A DNA stretch of 64,000 nt from Alphaproteobacteria bacterium. Its GTDB lineage: Bacteria > Pseudomonadota > Alphaproteobacteria > Bin95. Positions 25,091-34,673 of this stretch are shown here, one piece after another; the stretch's first letter is position 1; every line of letters begins with the position of its first letter. The notes under the pieces are model-generated. The model was not told the DNA's origin. It saw only the letters and a program-made list of their open reading frames with translations, and made no database searches. The stretch spans positions 14,079-78,078 of the forward strand of contig JAJEAZ010000363.1 in assembly GCA_022824105.1 (NCBI GenBank), in the 5' to 3' direction. The position numbers and the translations under genes are program-made.

Positions 25091-25822
25091 ATGGCTGCCG
25101 CAACTGTATCGGGCGAAACCGTAGCGATAGAAGGGCCGGACGGCAAATTCGACGCCTGGCTCGCCCGCCCGGCGCAGGGCCCCGCTCCCGGCCTGGTGCT
25201 CATGCAGTATATCTGCGGCGTCAACGCCGTGATGCGACGCCTGGCGGACGATTTTGCCGGCCACGGCTATCTCGTCGCCTGCCCGGACCTGTTCTGGCGC
25301 CAGGAGCCCGGCGTCCAGTTGATCCAGGACCCGTCGAAGCCGGACCCGGCGGAGCAGCAGCGCGCACTGGAACTCAACGCCGGCTTCGACGACGGGGCGG
25401 CGACCGCCGATCTGAAGGCGACGCTTGCCTGGCTGCGCGCCCGTCCCGAGTGTAGCGGGCGGGCCGGGACCCTGGGCTACTGCCTCGGCGGGCGGCTCGC
25501 CTTCCTGACCGCTGTACGCAGCGACGCCGACTGCTCGGTCGGCTACTACGGCGTCAATATCGACCGCTATCTCGACGAAGCGGACGCCATCGCCGGACCG
25601 CTGATGCTCCATATCGCCGGGGCCGACGAACTCTGTTCGCAGGAGGCGCACGACGCAATCGTCGATACGCTGGACCCGCTCGACGCCGCAACCCTGCATG
25701 AATACGAAGGGGCCGGCCATGCCTTCGCCCTGGAAGGCGGGCACAACTATCGCGCGGATGCCGCCGCGCTGGCCAACGGACGCTCCCTCGCCTTCCTGCG
25801 GCAGCATCTGAACGGCGCCTGA
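25091..25822 (+). CDS. dienelactone hydrolase family protein
   Basis: Nucleophile-elbow GYCLGG (Cys type) and C-terminal GAGHAF. Start at the ATG at 25091. Confidence 0.85.
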   Translation: MAAATVSGETVAIEGPDGKFDAWLARPAQGPAPGLVLMQYICGVNAVMRRLADDFAGHGYLVACPDLFWRQEPGVQLIQDPSKPDPAEQQRALELNAGFDDGAATADLKATLAWLRARPECSGRAGTLGYCLGGRLAFLTAVRSDADCSVGYYGVNIDRYLDEADAIAGPLMLHIAGADELCSQEAHDAIVDTLDPLDAATLHEYEGAGHAFALEGGHNYRADAAALANGRSLAFLRQHLNGA

Positions 25823-26622
25823 TGGCGCAGCGCCCGTTCGGCGAACCGGTCGGCGACCCGCTGGAGATCGGTGTCGCCGGGCGCGTCGTCGTCATCACCG
25901 GCGCCGGGCAAGGACTGGGCCGCGCCTACGCCCATCTGCTGAGCCGCGGCGGCGCGAAGATCGTCGTCGCGGATATCGACGGGGAGGCGGGCCGGCGCGT
26001 GGCCGGGGAAATCGCCGAAAACGGCGGGCCGCACCTTGCCGTCGCGACCGACGTGACCGATCCGGACGCCACGCAGGAGATGGCCGACCGCGCGGTCGAG
26101 ATTTTCGGCCGGATCGACGGCCTGATCGCCAATGCCGGCCTCAACGCGGCGCTCGCCCGCCGCCCCTTCTGGGAAATCCCGGCCGAGGAATGGGACCGGG
26201 TAATGCGAGTCAATGCCGGCGGCGCGTTCAATGCTGCAAAGGCGGTCCTGCCGGCGATGCGCGCGGCCGGCTGGGGCCGCATCGTCACCATCTCGTCGGC
26301 CGCCTGGCATCTCGGCCTGCCGAACTACCTCCACTATGTCGCTTCGAAGGCGGCGCTGGCCGGCATGACCCGCTCGATGGCGCGCGAACTCGGCGGCACG
26401 GGCATCACCGTCAACGCGATCAGCCCGGGGCAGATCCTGACCGAGGTCGACAATCCCGGCCAAACCGAGGAGAACATCGCCGCGGTGGTCGCCCGGCAGA
26501 TCGTCCCCCGCTCCGGCGTGCCGCAGGATATTGCCGGGCTGCTGCTCTATCTGTTGTCGCCGGCCAGCGACTTCGTGACCGGCCAGTCCTTCACGGTCGA
26601 CGGCGGCCTTTCCCACCAATAG
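25822..26622 (+). CDS. SDR family oxidoreductase
   Basis: TGAGQGLG, NAG, and YVASKAA (YxxxK). The ATG overlaps the upstream TGA (ATGA). Confidence 0.9.
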   Translation: MAQRPFGEPVGDPLEIGVAGRVVVITGAGQGLGRAYAHLLSRGGAKIVVADIDGEAGRRVAGEIAENGGPHLAVATDVTDPDATQEMADRAVEIFGRIDGLIANAGLNAALARRPFWEIPAEEWDRVMRVNAGGAFNAAKAVLPAMRAAGWGRIVTISSAAWHLGLPNYLHYVASKAALAGMTRSMARELGGTGITVNAISPGQILTEVDNPGQTEENIAAVVARQIVPRSGVPQDIAGLLLYLLSPASDFVTGQSFTVDGGLSHQ

Positions 26623-26637
26623 CCCGCAGGACCGGAA

Positions 26638-27393
26638 TCAGGCCGTCAGCGGCCCCGGCATGCGCTGCTCCGGCGCCGGGACAGCTTCGCTGTAGGCCGG
26701 GCGCGCCTGCAGCCGTTCCACCCAGGCCCCGGTGCCCTGCCGCGCCTCCCACAGGCGGCGGAGGCCACAATATTGCAGCCGGTCGATCACGCCCGTCATC
26801 GCGACATCGGCGAGCGAGAAGGCGTCGCCGGCGAGCCACGGCCGGCCGTCCGCCAGGCAGCGCTCCAACCGGTCGAGCGCCCGGCCGAGCGCCGTTTCGG
26901 CCTGTTCCAGCGCGGCCGGCGGCGCCGGAGTCCGGCCCATCTGCCGGAACATGGCGAGCCGGTTCGGGTCGGGGTGCCTCGCCAGACGGGCTTCCATCTC
27001 CGCGTCGGACAGGCGCGCCATCGGGCTTTCGGGATGGAGCAGGATCAGGCTGAAAGTGTGCGGCCGGGTCGCCGGGTGCAGCACATCGTCCTGGAACTTC
27101 ACCCACATCCGCATCTCCGCCCGTTCGCCGGGATCGGCCGGCGTGAGCGGCGGGCCCGGGCCGATGTCGTCGAGATATTCGTTGATGACCGACGATTCGA
27201 ACACGATCCTCTCGCCGTCGACCAGCGTCGGGACCGTCCCGTTCGGGTTGAGCGCCAGATAGCCGGGCCCGAGATGCTCGAACGCCGCGATCGAATAGGG
27301 CACCGATTCCCAGGCCAGTCCTTTCTCCGCCAGGCCCATGCGGACCTTGATCGGACAGACGGCGTCCCAGGCATGGTGCAGAACGAGAGTCAT
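26638..27393 (-). CDS. glutathione S-transferase family protein
   Basis: LNPNGTVPTLVDGERIVFESSVINEYLDD N-domain plus a helical C-domain. Confidence 0.85.
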   Translation of the reverse strand: MTLVLHHAWDAVCPIKVRMGLAEKGLAWESVPYSIAAFEHLGPGYLALNPNGTVPTLVDGERIVFESSVINEYLDDIGPGPPLTPADPGERAEMRMWVKFQDDVLHPATRPHTFSLILLHPESPMARLSDAEMEARLARHPDPNRLAMFRQMGRTPAPPAALEQAETALGRALDRLERCLADGRPWLAGDAFSLADVAMTGVIDRLQYCGLRRLWEARQGTGAWVERLQARPAYSEAVPAPEQRMPGPLTA

Positions 27394-27512
27394 GGATCGA
27401 GTCCGCGCAGCACGGAGGGAGCGTCAGGAACTTCGGCCCGAAGGCACGACGTATATGGCACAGCCGCCGAAAATGAGATACGGCGTGCCGCGAAGCAAGC
27501 GGAGGGAACGCG

Positions 27513-28607
27513 ATGCGAGCCGCAGTCTGCCGGTCATTCGGCGCGCCCCTGGAAATCGCGGACATCGAACTCCGGCCGCCGGGACCGGGCGAGGTAGAGG
27601 TCGCCATTGCCGCCTGCGCCGTCTGCCATTCGGATCTCCACGCCATGGACGGAGCCTGGGGCGGCTATCTGCCGGCGGTCTACGGGCATGAGGCGGCGGG
27701 CCATGTGACGGCGACCGGCGACGGCGTTGCCGGCCTCTCGCCCGGCGACCCGGTGCTGGTCACGCCGATCCGCGCCTGCGGAACCTGCCCGTCCTGCGCC
27801 GGCGGGCATCCGGCGACCTGCGAGACACCGTATGACCGGGTGCAGGGCAGCCCGCTCAAGGACCGGGACGGCACGCCCATTGAGCAGGGCATTTCGGCGG
27901 CCGCCTTCGCCGAGCGCGTCGTCGTCGACCGCAGCCAGGTCCAGAACATCCCGTCCGGCATCGGCATGGACGCGGTCTGCCTGCTGTCCTGCGGCGTCAT
28001 CACCGGCTTCGGCGCGGTCGCGAATACCGCCGGCGTGAAACCGGGCAGCGATGTTGTGGTGGTCGGCGCCGGCGGCGTGGGCCTGAACTGCATCCAGGGC
28101 GCTGCGGTCGCCGGCGCGGCGCGGGTGATCGCCGTCGACACGGTCCCGGAAAAGCTCGACGGCGCCCGCGAATTCGGCGCGACCGATATCGTCCTGGCAA
28201 CCGGCGACGATACCGATACCCGGATCAGGAAACTCACCGGGGGGCGCGGCGCGGATACCGTGCTGGTCGCGGTCGGCGCCGGCGACGCCTACCGGAGCGC
28301 GCCGCGCTTCCTGGCGCCGCGGGGCCAGCTGATCGCGGTCGGCATGCCGCCGTCGGACGTCCAGGCCGAATGGTCTCCCGCCGATTTCTCCTACTACGGC
28401 CAGGGCATCCGCGGCTCGTGCCTGGGCGATACGGTGCTGTCGCGGGACATTCCCGCCCTCGTCGAACTCTACCGGCAGGGGCGCCTGAAGCTGGACGAGC
28501 TTGTGACCGGCAGGTATCCGCTCGCGCGGATCAACGACGCCATCGGCGACACGCGCGCCGGCCGGTCCCGGCGTAACGTCATCCTGTTCGAGGGGAACGG
28601 CCGATGA
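27513..28607 (+). CDS. zinc-binding alcohol dehydrogenase (MDR) family protein
   Basis: CAVCHSDLH catalytic Zn motif, structural Zn cysteines (CGTCPSCAGGHPATC), and VVGAGGVGL Rossmann motif. Confidence 0.9.
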   Translation: MRAAVCRSFGAPLEIADIELRPPGPGEVEVAIAACAVCHSDLHAMDGAWGGYLPAVYGHEAAGHVTATGDGVAGLSPGDPVLVTPIRACGTCPSCAGGHPATCETPYDRVQGSPLKDRDGTPIEQGISAAAFAERVVVDRSQVQNIPSGIGMDAVCLLSCGVITGFGAVANTAGVKPGSDVVVVGAGGVGLNCIQGAAVAGAARVIAVDTVPEKLDGAREFGATDIVLATGDDTDTRIRKLTGGRGADTVLVAVGAGDAYRSAPRFLAPRGQLIAVGMPPSDVQAEWSPADFSYYGQGIRGSCLGDTVLSRDIPALVELYRQGRLKLDELVTGRYPLARINDAIGDTRAGRSRRNVILFEGNGR

Positions 28608-29842
28608 AACTGGCGGACCTCGACATCCTCGTCGTCGGCAACCCGCCGCCCGGCTGGGGCGGCCGGTATTTCTTCTTCGTCAAGGTTTCCACGGCTTGCG
28701 GGATCGCGGGCTACGGCGAGGTCTACGCGGCCGCGGTCGGGCCGGCGGCGATGGAGGCGGTGGTCCGCGACGTCTTCGAGCGGCACATGGCCGGCGAAAA
28801 CCCGGAAAACACGGAGCTGATGTTCCGCCGGGCCTATTCCTCCGGCTTCACCCAGCGCCCGGACCCGACGGTCATGGGCGCCTTCTCGGGGCTCGAGATG
28901 GCGTGCTGGGACATTCTGGGCAAGGCGCACGGCCGGCCGGTCCACGCCTTCCTGGGCGGCATGATGAACGAGCGGCTCCGCTCCTACACCTATCTCTATC
29001 CGCTGCCGGGCCACGACCTTGTGGAGTTCTGGACCAGCCCGGCGATGGCGGCGGAATGCGCCGCGGAAATGGTGCGCCTCGGCTTTACCGCCGTGAAGTT
29101 CGATCCGGCCGGCCCCTATACCTTGCGCGGCGGCCACCAGCCGGCGATGGGCGACATCGAGCGTTCCGCGGAATTCTGCCGCGCCGTGCGGGGCGCCGTG
29201 GGGCGCCGGGCGGATATCCTCTTCGGCACCCACGGCCAGTTCACGACCGCTGGCGCAATCCGCCTCGGCCGGCGGCTGGAGGAATTTGACCCGCTCTGGT
29301 TCGAGGAGCCGGTGCCGCCCGACAATCCCGACGAATTCGCGAAGGTCGCGGCGGCCCTGCGCATTCCCGTGGCGACCGGCGAGCGCCTGTCGACCAAGGC
29401 CGAGTTCGCCGCGGTCCTCAAAACCGGCGGCGCGAGCATCGTCCAGCCCGCGCTCGGCCGCTCCGGCGGCCTGCTCGAGACCAAGAAGATCGCGGCGATC
29501 GCCGAGGTCTTCAACGCCCAGGTCGCGCCGCACCTCTACGCCGGGCCGGTGGAGTGGGCCGCGAACATCCAGCTCGCAGCCTGCACCCCCAACCTGCTGA
29601 CGGTCGAGACCGTCCAGACCGGCGGCGACTTCCACCGCCGGCTGATCGGCGACACAATCCAGTGGGAAGACGGCTACATCCGGACCCCGACCGCGCCGGG
29701 GCTCGGCATCGACTTCGACGAGGAGTTGGCGCGGGCGCATCCCTACGAGGGCACGAGACTGCATCTGGAAATGCAGGAGGCGCCCTGCGACTACAGCGGC
29801 GACAATGCGTTCCTCGGCGGCGCGCCGCCCGTGAAGGAATGA
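28604..29842 (+). CDS. enolase-superfamily enzyme (mandelate racemase/muconate lactonizing family; acid-sugar dehydratase-like)
   Basis: N-terminal capping domain (FFFVKVSTACGIAGYGEVY) and barrel metal-ligand context (WFEEP, ATGERL). The ATG overlaps the ADH stop. Confidence 0.85.
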   Translation: MKLADLDILVVGNPPPGWGGRYFFFVKVSTACGIAGYGEVYAAAVGPAAMEAVVRDVFERHMAGENPENTELMFRRAYSSGFTQRPDPTVMGAFSGLEMACWDILGKAHGRPVHAFLGGMMNERLRSYTYLYPLPGHDLVEFWTSPAMAAECAAEMVRLGFTAVKFDPAGPYTLRGGHQPAMGDIERSAEFCRAVRGAVGRRADILFGTHGQFTTAGAIRLGRRLEEFDPLWFEEPVPPDNPDEFAKVAAALRIPVATGERLSTKAEFAAVLKTGGASIVQPALGRSGGLLETKKIAAIAEVFNAQVAPHLYAGPVEWAANIQLAACTPNLLTVETVQTGGDFHRRLIGDTIQWEDGYIRTPTAPGLGIDFDEELARAHPYEGTRLHLEMQEAPCDYSGDNAFLGGAPPVKE

Positions 29843-29860
29843 CCGGCGCCGCCCCGACGC

Positions 29861-30394
29861 TCATTCCGGCGCGCCGGCCCCCGCCATGCCTCCCCCGATG
29901 CCGCCGAGGTCCGCAACGACGGCGGCGCGCCCGCACGACGCGATGAAGGCCAGCAGCGCGCCCGGCCCGAGGCCGGTGCTTTCGGTGTTGACCAGCGGAT
30001 GGAAGTTCAACTGGCCGGAGTCCATCAGCCCGGCTTCGATCGCCACGGTCACCAAGCCCCGGCTGTCGTTCAGCACGGCCAGCGGCGTCAGCGCGCCGGG
30101 AACGACGCCGAGCACGGTTTCGACCAGGCCGGCCGGCGCGAAACCCAGACGACCGCTCGCGCCGATGCGCCGGTGCAGCGATTTCAGGTCCAGGGTCTGG
30201 TCCTCGTGCGCGACGATCAGGAACAGGCGGCCCTTCTTGTCCTTCAGCAGCAGGTTCTTCGTGAAGGTTCCAGCCATGTCGCCGCGCAGCGCCTTGCCTT
30301 CTTCGACGGTCCGGTGCGCCGGATAGGGTACGGTCTCGGCTTCGATACCGAGCTCCCGGAAACGCTGGAAGAGGCGTTCGCGCGGATCGGTCAT
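29861..30394 (-). CDS. YbaK/prolyl-tRNA-synthetase-associated (ProX-like) deacylase domain protein
   Basis: TKNLLLKDKKGRLFLIVAHEDQTLDLKSL and GVVPGALTPLAVLND fit the family pattern. Start at the ATG at 30394 (MTDPRERL). Confidence 0.8.
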   Translation of the reverse strand: MTDPRERLFQRFRELGIEAETVPYPAHRTVEEGKALRGDMAGTFTKNLLLKDKKGRLFLIVAHEDQTLDLKSLHRRIGASGRLGFAPAGLVETVLGVVPGALTPLAVLNDSRGLVTVAIEAGLMDSGQLNFHPLVNTESTGLGPGALLAFIASCGRAAVVADLGGIGGGMAGAGAPE

Positions 30395-30528
30395 TTCCCT
30401 ACGACTCTCCGGTCGGTCGGCCGCCGGCGCCGGTTTGACATCCCCCGTCCGGCCCAATACGGTTGCCGCCGCCTTGCCCGAGGGTGCGATTTCCAGCGCC
30501 CGATCTCAAGCCGAAAGGGAGGAAAGAC

Positions 30529-31530
30529 ATGAAGAAATTGCTGCCGGCTGCCGTGGCCGCCGCCTTTACCGCCGCGGCATTCCTGCCGCTGGAAGCGGAC
30601 GCCAAGACGTTGCGCATGGGGCTTCTGGTCTCCAACAAGTCGCTGGCCTACAAGGCCGCCGAAAAACTCGCCGAACACGTCAAGGAGAAGACCGGCGGCG
30701 AATACACCATCAAGCTCTTTCCCAGCCAGCAGCTCGGCAGCGGCAAAGAAATGATGCAGATGCTCAAGCTGGGCACGCTGGACCTGTACCAGGGCACGAA
30801 TGCCCAGCCGGCATACTTCAAGGAGGGCCGTAACTTCGGCGCGACCGCTGCGCCCTACACGTTCCGGAACCAGGAGGAATTCTTGAAGTTTCTCGACAGC
30901 CCGCTGTTTGCGGAAATGGTCGCGCAGCTCGGCGCCGGCGGGGTCCGTTGGGTCGGCTATATGGGCGCGCGCTCGCCGCGGGCGATCACCACGGCCAACA
31001 CGCCCGTGCGGAGCCCGGCCGATATGAAGGGCCTGAAGATGCGGATTCCCGGCTCGCCGCCGTTCGTCGCCTTCTTCAAGGCGCTGGGCGCGGTCCCGAC
31101 ACCGATGCCGTTCTCGGAGTTTTTCACCGCCGCCAAAACCGGGCTGGTCGAAGGCCAGGATAACGGCATCGAGGTCGTCTATCCGCGCGGGCTGTACTCG
31201 GTCCAGAAATACTTCTCGAAGACGGATCACGCCCTCGGCGCCTGGATGGCGTTCGTCGGCGAGAAGAAATGGCAATCGTGGCCGGACAGCCTGAAGAAGG
31301 CGGTCAGCGAGGGCATGAAAGCCGCCGCCGCCTACAGCGACGCCGAACTGAAGAAATCCATGGATGCGGCCTTCAAGGGCGTAAAGGAAAAGGGCATGAC
31401 GGTTCTTGAGGTCGACAAGAAGCCCTTCATCGAAGTTGCCGGGAAGGTCTGGAAGGGCCTTGACGGGACCAGTTGGGACAAGGGCTTCATGGACCGGGTC
31501 CAGAAGCAGCTGGCCGAATACCGGAAGTAA
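30529..31530 (+). CDS. TRAP transporter substrate-binding protein (DctP family)
   Basis: Signal peptide MKKLLPAAVAAAFTAAAF. DctP features (MRIPGSPPFVAFFKALGAVPTPMPFSEFFTAAKTGLVEGQDNG). GGGAGGAAAG RBS. Confidence 0.9.
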   Translation: MKKLLPAAVAAAFTAAAFLPLEADAKTLRMGLLVSNKSLAYKAAEKLAEHVKEKTGGEYTIKLFPSQQLGSGKEMMQMLKLGTLDLYQGTNAQPAYFKEGRNFGATAAPYTFRNQEEFLKFLDSPLFAEMVAQLGAGGVRWVGYMGARSPRAITTANTPVRSPADMKGLKMRIPGSPPFVAFFKALGAVPTPMPFSEFFTAAKTGLVEGQDNGIEVVYPRGLYSVQKYFSKTDHALGAWMAFVGEKKWQSWPDSLKKAVSEGMKAAAAYSDAELKKSMDAAFKGVKEKGMTVLEVDKKPFIEVAGKVWKGLDGTSWDKGFMDRVQKQLAEYRK

Positions 31531-31579
31531 GGGCCGCGCGTCCCTCCCGGTTCCCGCGGACCGGGAGGGCTGCCCCGCC

Positions 31580-32104
31580 ATGGCGGACCGGGCCACGATG
31601 CCGGACGCGCGCGATCGGGCGCAGCGGCTGATCCATGCCTTCGACCGGGCGTTCGATTACCTCGGCGTCGTGGCGTTTCTGGGCATGATCGTCGTTCTCT
31701 GCCTGCAAATCTTCTTTCGCTACATCCTTGCCGCGCCCCTGGTCTGGGCGACGCCTCTTTCGATGTTCCTGTTCATCTGGGCGATCTGGTTCGGCGGCGC
31801 CTCCGGCATCCGCGACCAGACCCAGGTCCGCGTGGAACTGGCGGAAAGATACCTGCCGCATGGCATCCAGCGGCTTCTCATGCCGGGAATCAGCCTAGCC
31901 TGCGCCCTGTTTCTCGTGATCGTCATCTACAAGAGTTTCGAGGTCGTCGAGCTGCAGGCCTCGGCGATCTACGACACCCTGCCCTTTACCCGGGATTACC
32001 TGTTCATGGTGGTTCCGGTGCTCGGCAGCGTGATGGTGCTGCAAGCCCTCCGGGTCTTCGTGCGCCAGATCGGGCAGTATTATTTCCCGGATCGGGACGG
32101 GTGA
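31580..32104 (+). CDS. TRAP transporter small permease (DctQ family)
   Basis: Four hydrophobic helices in the expected position between the P and M genes. Start at the ATG at 31580. Confidence 0.85.
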   Translation: MADRATMPDARDRAQRLIHAFDRAFDYLGVVAFLGMIVVLCLQIFFRYILAAPLVWATPLSMFLFIWAIWFGGASGIRDQTQVRVELAERYLPHGIQRLLMPGISLACALFLVIVIYKSFEVVELQASAIYDTLPFTRDYLFMVVPVLGSVMVLQALRVFVRQIGQYYFPDRDG

Positions 32105-33390
32105 GCCCGATGGACATCTTCATCCTGTTCTCGTCCCTTCTGTTCCTGATGCTGATCGGCGTGCCCGTGACCTTCTCGATGGGCATGGCGGCGGCCTTCT
32201 ACCTGACGGTCACCGGCCAGCTGGACATGCTGGTCATGCTGCCGCTGCAGATGGTCGTGGGGCTGGAGCATTACGGCCTCATGGCCATTCCCCTGTTCTT
32301 CCTGGCCGGCGCCATCATGACGTCCGGCGGGCTGACCGCGCGGCTGCTCCACTTCTCGCGCGTCCTCATCGGCCGCGTGCCGGGCAGCCTCTCCATGGTC
32401 AACGTGACCGGCAGCATGTTTTTCGCCGGCGTTTCCGGGTCCTGCGTCGCGGATACGTCCGCGATCGGCAGCGTCCTCATCCCGGCCATGAAGAAAGAGG
32501 GCTATTCCGCGGCCTATGCGGCGGCGGTTACCGGCGCGTCGTCCACGGTCGGCCACATCATCCCGCCCAGCATCGCCATGATCGTGATCGGCGTCATGGC
32601 CGAAGTACCGATCGGGTCTCTGTTCCTGGCCGGCGCCCTCCCCGGCCTGCTCCTGGGCGTCGGCCTGATGGGCCTGTCGCTGTGGCTGAGCATCGCGCGG
32701 GATTATCCGCGGGCGCCGCGGCGGTCGACCGGCCGGGAAATCCTCGATGCCACCGTTTCGGGGCTCTCCGCGCTCGCTATGCCGGCGATCGTGGTCGGCG
32801 GGATCCTGTTCGGCGTCGTGACGGTCACGGAAACCGGCGTTCTCGCCTGCATCTACGCCCTGCTGGTTTCGCTGTCCTACCGGGAACTGACCCTGAAGAG
32901 CACCTGGGAGTTCTTCGTGGAGACAAGCCAGGGCGCGGGAAACCTGCTGATCCTGCTGGCGCCGGCGTCCTTTTTCAGCTGGGTCGTGCTCAACACCGGC
33001 ATGGGGGACCAGCTGGTCGACCTGATCGGCGCGATCTCGACCGATCCCCAGACCGTGATGCTGCTGGTCATCGTGTTCCTGCTCATCATCGGCTGCGGAC
33101 TGGACACGCTGGGCATGGTCTTCATCTTCGTGCCGGTCCTGTTCCCGGCCGTCGAAGCGGTCGGCATCGACCCGCTGCATTTCGCGCCGGTCTTCGTCCT
33201 GTGCCTCGGCATCGCCCTGCTGACGCCGCCCGTGGGCATCATCCTGTTTATGGTCACGAACATGTCGGGGGCGCCGTTGACCGAGGTGATCCGGGAATCC
33301 CTGCCGTTTTTCCTGGTCCAGCTCATCGTTCTGGCGCTTGTCGCCTATGTGCCGTTCCTTTCGACCTGGCTGCCCGGTACGCTCATGTGA
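32101..33390 (+). CDS. TRAP transporter large permease (DctM family)
   Basis: 429-aa polytopic membrane protein with DctM-type motifs. The GTG at 32101 overlaps the dctQ stop; the ATG at 32110 is an alternative start. Confidence 0.92.
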   Translation: MSPMDIFILFSSLLFLMLIGVPVTFSMGMAAAFYLTVTGQLDMLVMLPLQMVVGLEHYGLMAIPLFFLAGAIMTSGGLTARLLHFSRVLIGRVPGSLSMVNVTGSMFFAGVSGSCVADTSAIGSVLIPAMKKEGYSAAYAAAVTGASSTVGHIIPPSIAMIVIGVMAEVPIGSLFLAGALPGLLLGVGLMGLSLWLSIARDYPRAPRRSTGREILDATVSGLSALAMPAIVVGGILFGVVTVTETGVLACIYALLVSLSYRELTLKSTWEFFVETSQGAGNLLILLAPASFFSWVVLNTGMGDQLVDLIGAISTDPQTVMLLVIVFLLIIGCGLDTLGMVFIFVPVLFPAVEAVGIDPLHFAPVFVLCLGIALLTPPVGIILFMVTNMSGAPLTEVIRESLPFFLVQLIVLALVAYVPFLSTWLPGTLM

Positions 33391-33467
33391 CGTGCGGGTT
33401 TTCGGTGGAAAGCACGAAACGCAGGGAGGAACCGGAACGAGGCCCGGCCCCCGCGGGAGGATTGAAA

Positions 33468-34673
33468 ATGCAGAACGGCGAATACTGGCCCGAATCGGAA
33501 GGCCCGCTGGCCGGTGTCCGCGTCGTCGACATGACCCGGCTGGCGGCCGGGAACATGGTCACGCGCATGCTCGCCGATTTCGGGGCGGAAGTTATCAAGA
33601 TCGAACGCCCCGGCATCGGGGACGATCTACGCGACTTCGGCGAAGGGCGGGTCTGGTGGAAGGAGTACGCCCGCTCCAAGAAGAGCTTCACGCTCGATTT
33701 CCGGCAGGAGGAGGGTGCTACGCTCCTCAACGATCTGATCGCCCGCTCGGACATGCTGGTCGAGAATTTCGTGCCCGGAACCCTGGAGAAATGGGGCCTC
33801 GGCCCCGAGGAACTCTGGAAGACGCAGCCCGGCCTCGTCATCGTCCGGGTCTCCGGCTACGGGCAGACCGGCCCCTATGCCGGCAAGCCGGGCTTCGGCA
33901 CCCTGGTCGAGGCGCTGACCGGCTTTGCCGCCATGACGGGCTTCGAGGACAAGCCCCCCCTCCTGCCGCCGATGGCGCTCGCAGACATGATCGCCGGCAT
34001 CGCCGGCTTCGGGGCGTCGGTCGTCGCCCTCTTCGCGCGCGACAGGGGTCGGGTCCGGGGGCAGGTCGTCGACGTGTCCCTGTTCGAGCCCCTGTTCAGC
34101 GTGATCGGCCCCTGGCTGGCGCACTACAAGGCCAACGGCAAGATCCCGATCCGCGAGGGCAACCGGAGCAAGATCGCCGCGCCGCGCAACGCCTACCGGT
34201 GCGCCGACGGCAAGTATCTCGCCCTGTCGGCCTCGATGCAGTCCATGTGGGAGAAAGTGGCCATCGCCATCGGGCGCCGGGAATTGATCCAGGATCCGCG
34301 CTTCCGCTCCGGGCGCGACCGCGTCGACAACATGGTCGAACTCGACGGGATCGTCGCCGGCTTCATCGGCGCGAAGACGCTGCAGGAGAATCTCGACCAT
34401 TTCGGGGCCGCCGGCGTCACCGTCGGGCCGATCTGCGATCCGACGGACCTGATCGACCACGAATATATCCGCGGCCGCGCCGTCGCCGAGGACTATCCCG
34501 ACGCCGATCACGGCACGATCCCGCTGCACACGCCGTTCCCGCGTCTGAGCGAAACGCCGGGGACGATCCGCGCGCCGGCGCCGGAACTCGGCGAGCATAC
34601 CGACGAGGTGCTGGCTCTGCTCGGGCGGAGTGCGGCGGACTGCGACCGGCTGCGCGACGCGGGGATCGTCTGA
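33468..34673 (+). CDS. family III CoA-transferase (CaiB/BaiF type)
   Basis: LAGVRVVDMTRLAAGNMVTRMLADFGAEVIKIERP and SGYGQTGPYAGKPGFGTLVEALTG fit the family. GGGAGGA sits 7 nt before the ATG at 33468. The track ORF start at 32682 is an artefact. Confidence 0.9.
   Translation: MQNGEYWPESEGPLAGVRVVDMTRLAAGNMVTRMLADFGAEVIKIERPGIGDDLRDFGEGRVWWKEYARSKKSFTLDFRQEEGATLLNDLIARSDMLVENFVPGTLEKWGLGPEELWKTQPGLVIVRVSGYGQTGPYAGKPGFGTLVEALTGFAAMTGFEDKPPLLPPMALADMIAGIAGFGASVVALFARDRGRVRGQVVDVSLFEPLFSVIGPWLAHYKANGKIPIREGNRSKIAAPRNAYRCADGKYLALSASMQSMWEKVAIAIGRRELIQDPRFRSGRDRVDNMVELDGIVAGFIGAKTLQENLDHFGAAGVTVGPICDPTDLIDHEYIRGRAVAEDYPDADHGTIPLHTPFPRLSETPGTIRAPAPELGEHTDEVLALLGRSAADCDRLRDAGIV

Noticed and set aside
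32682-33467. N-terminal 262-codon extension of the CoA-transferase ORF, and the 33338..34672 part of the frame upstream of the CitE-like gene.
   Set aside because: The extensions overlap dctM and the CoA-transferase gene in other frames. Good RBS or overlap starts exist at 33468 and 34673, where family similarity begins.
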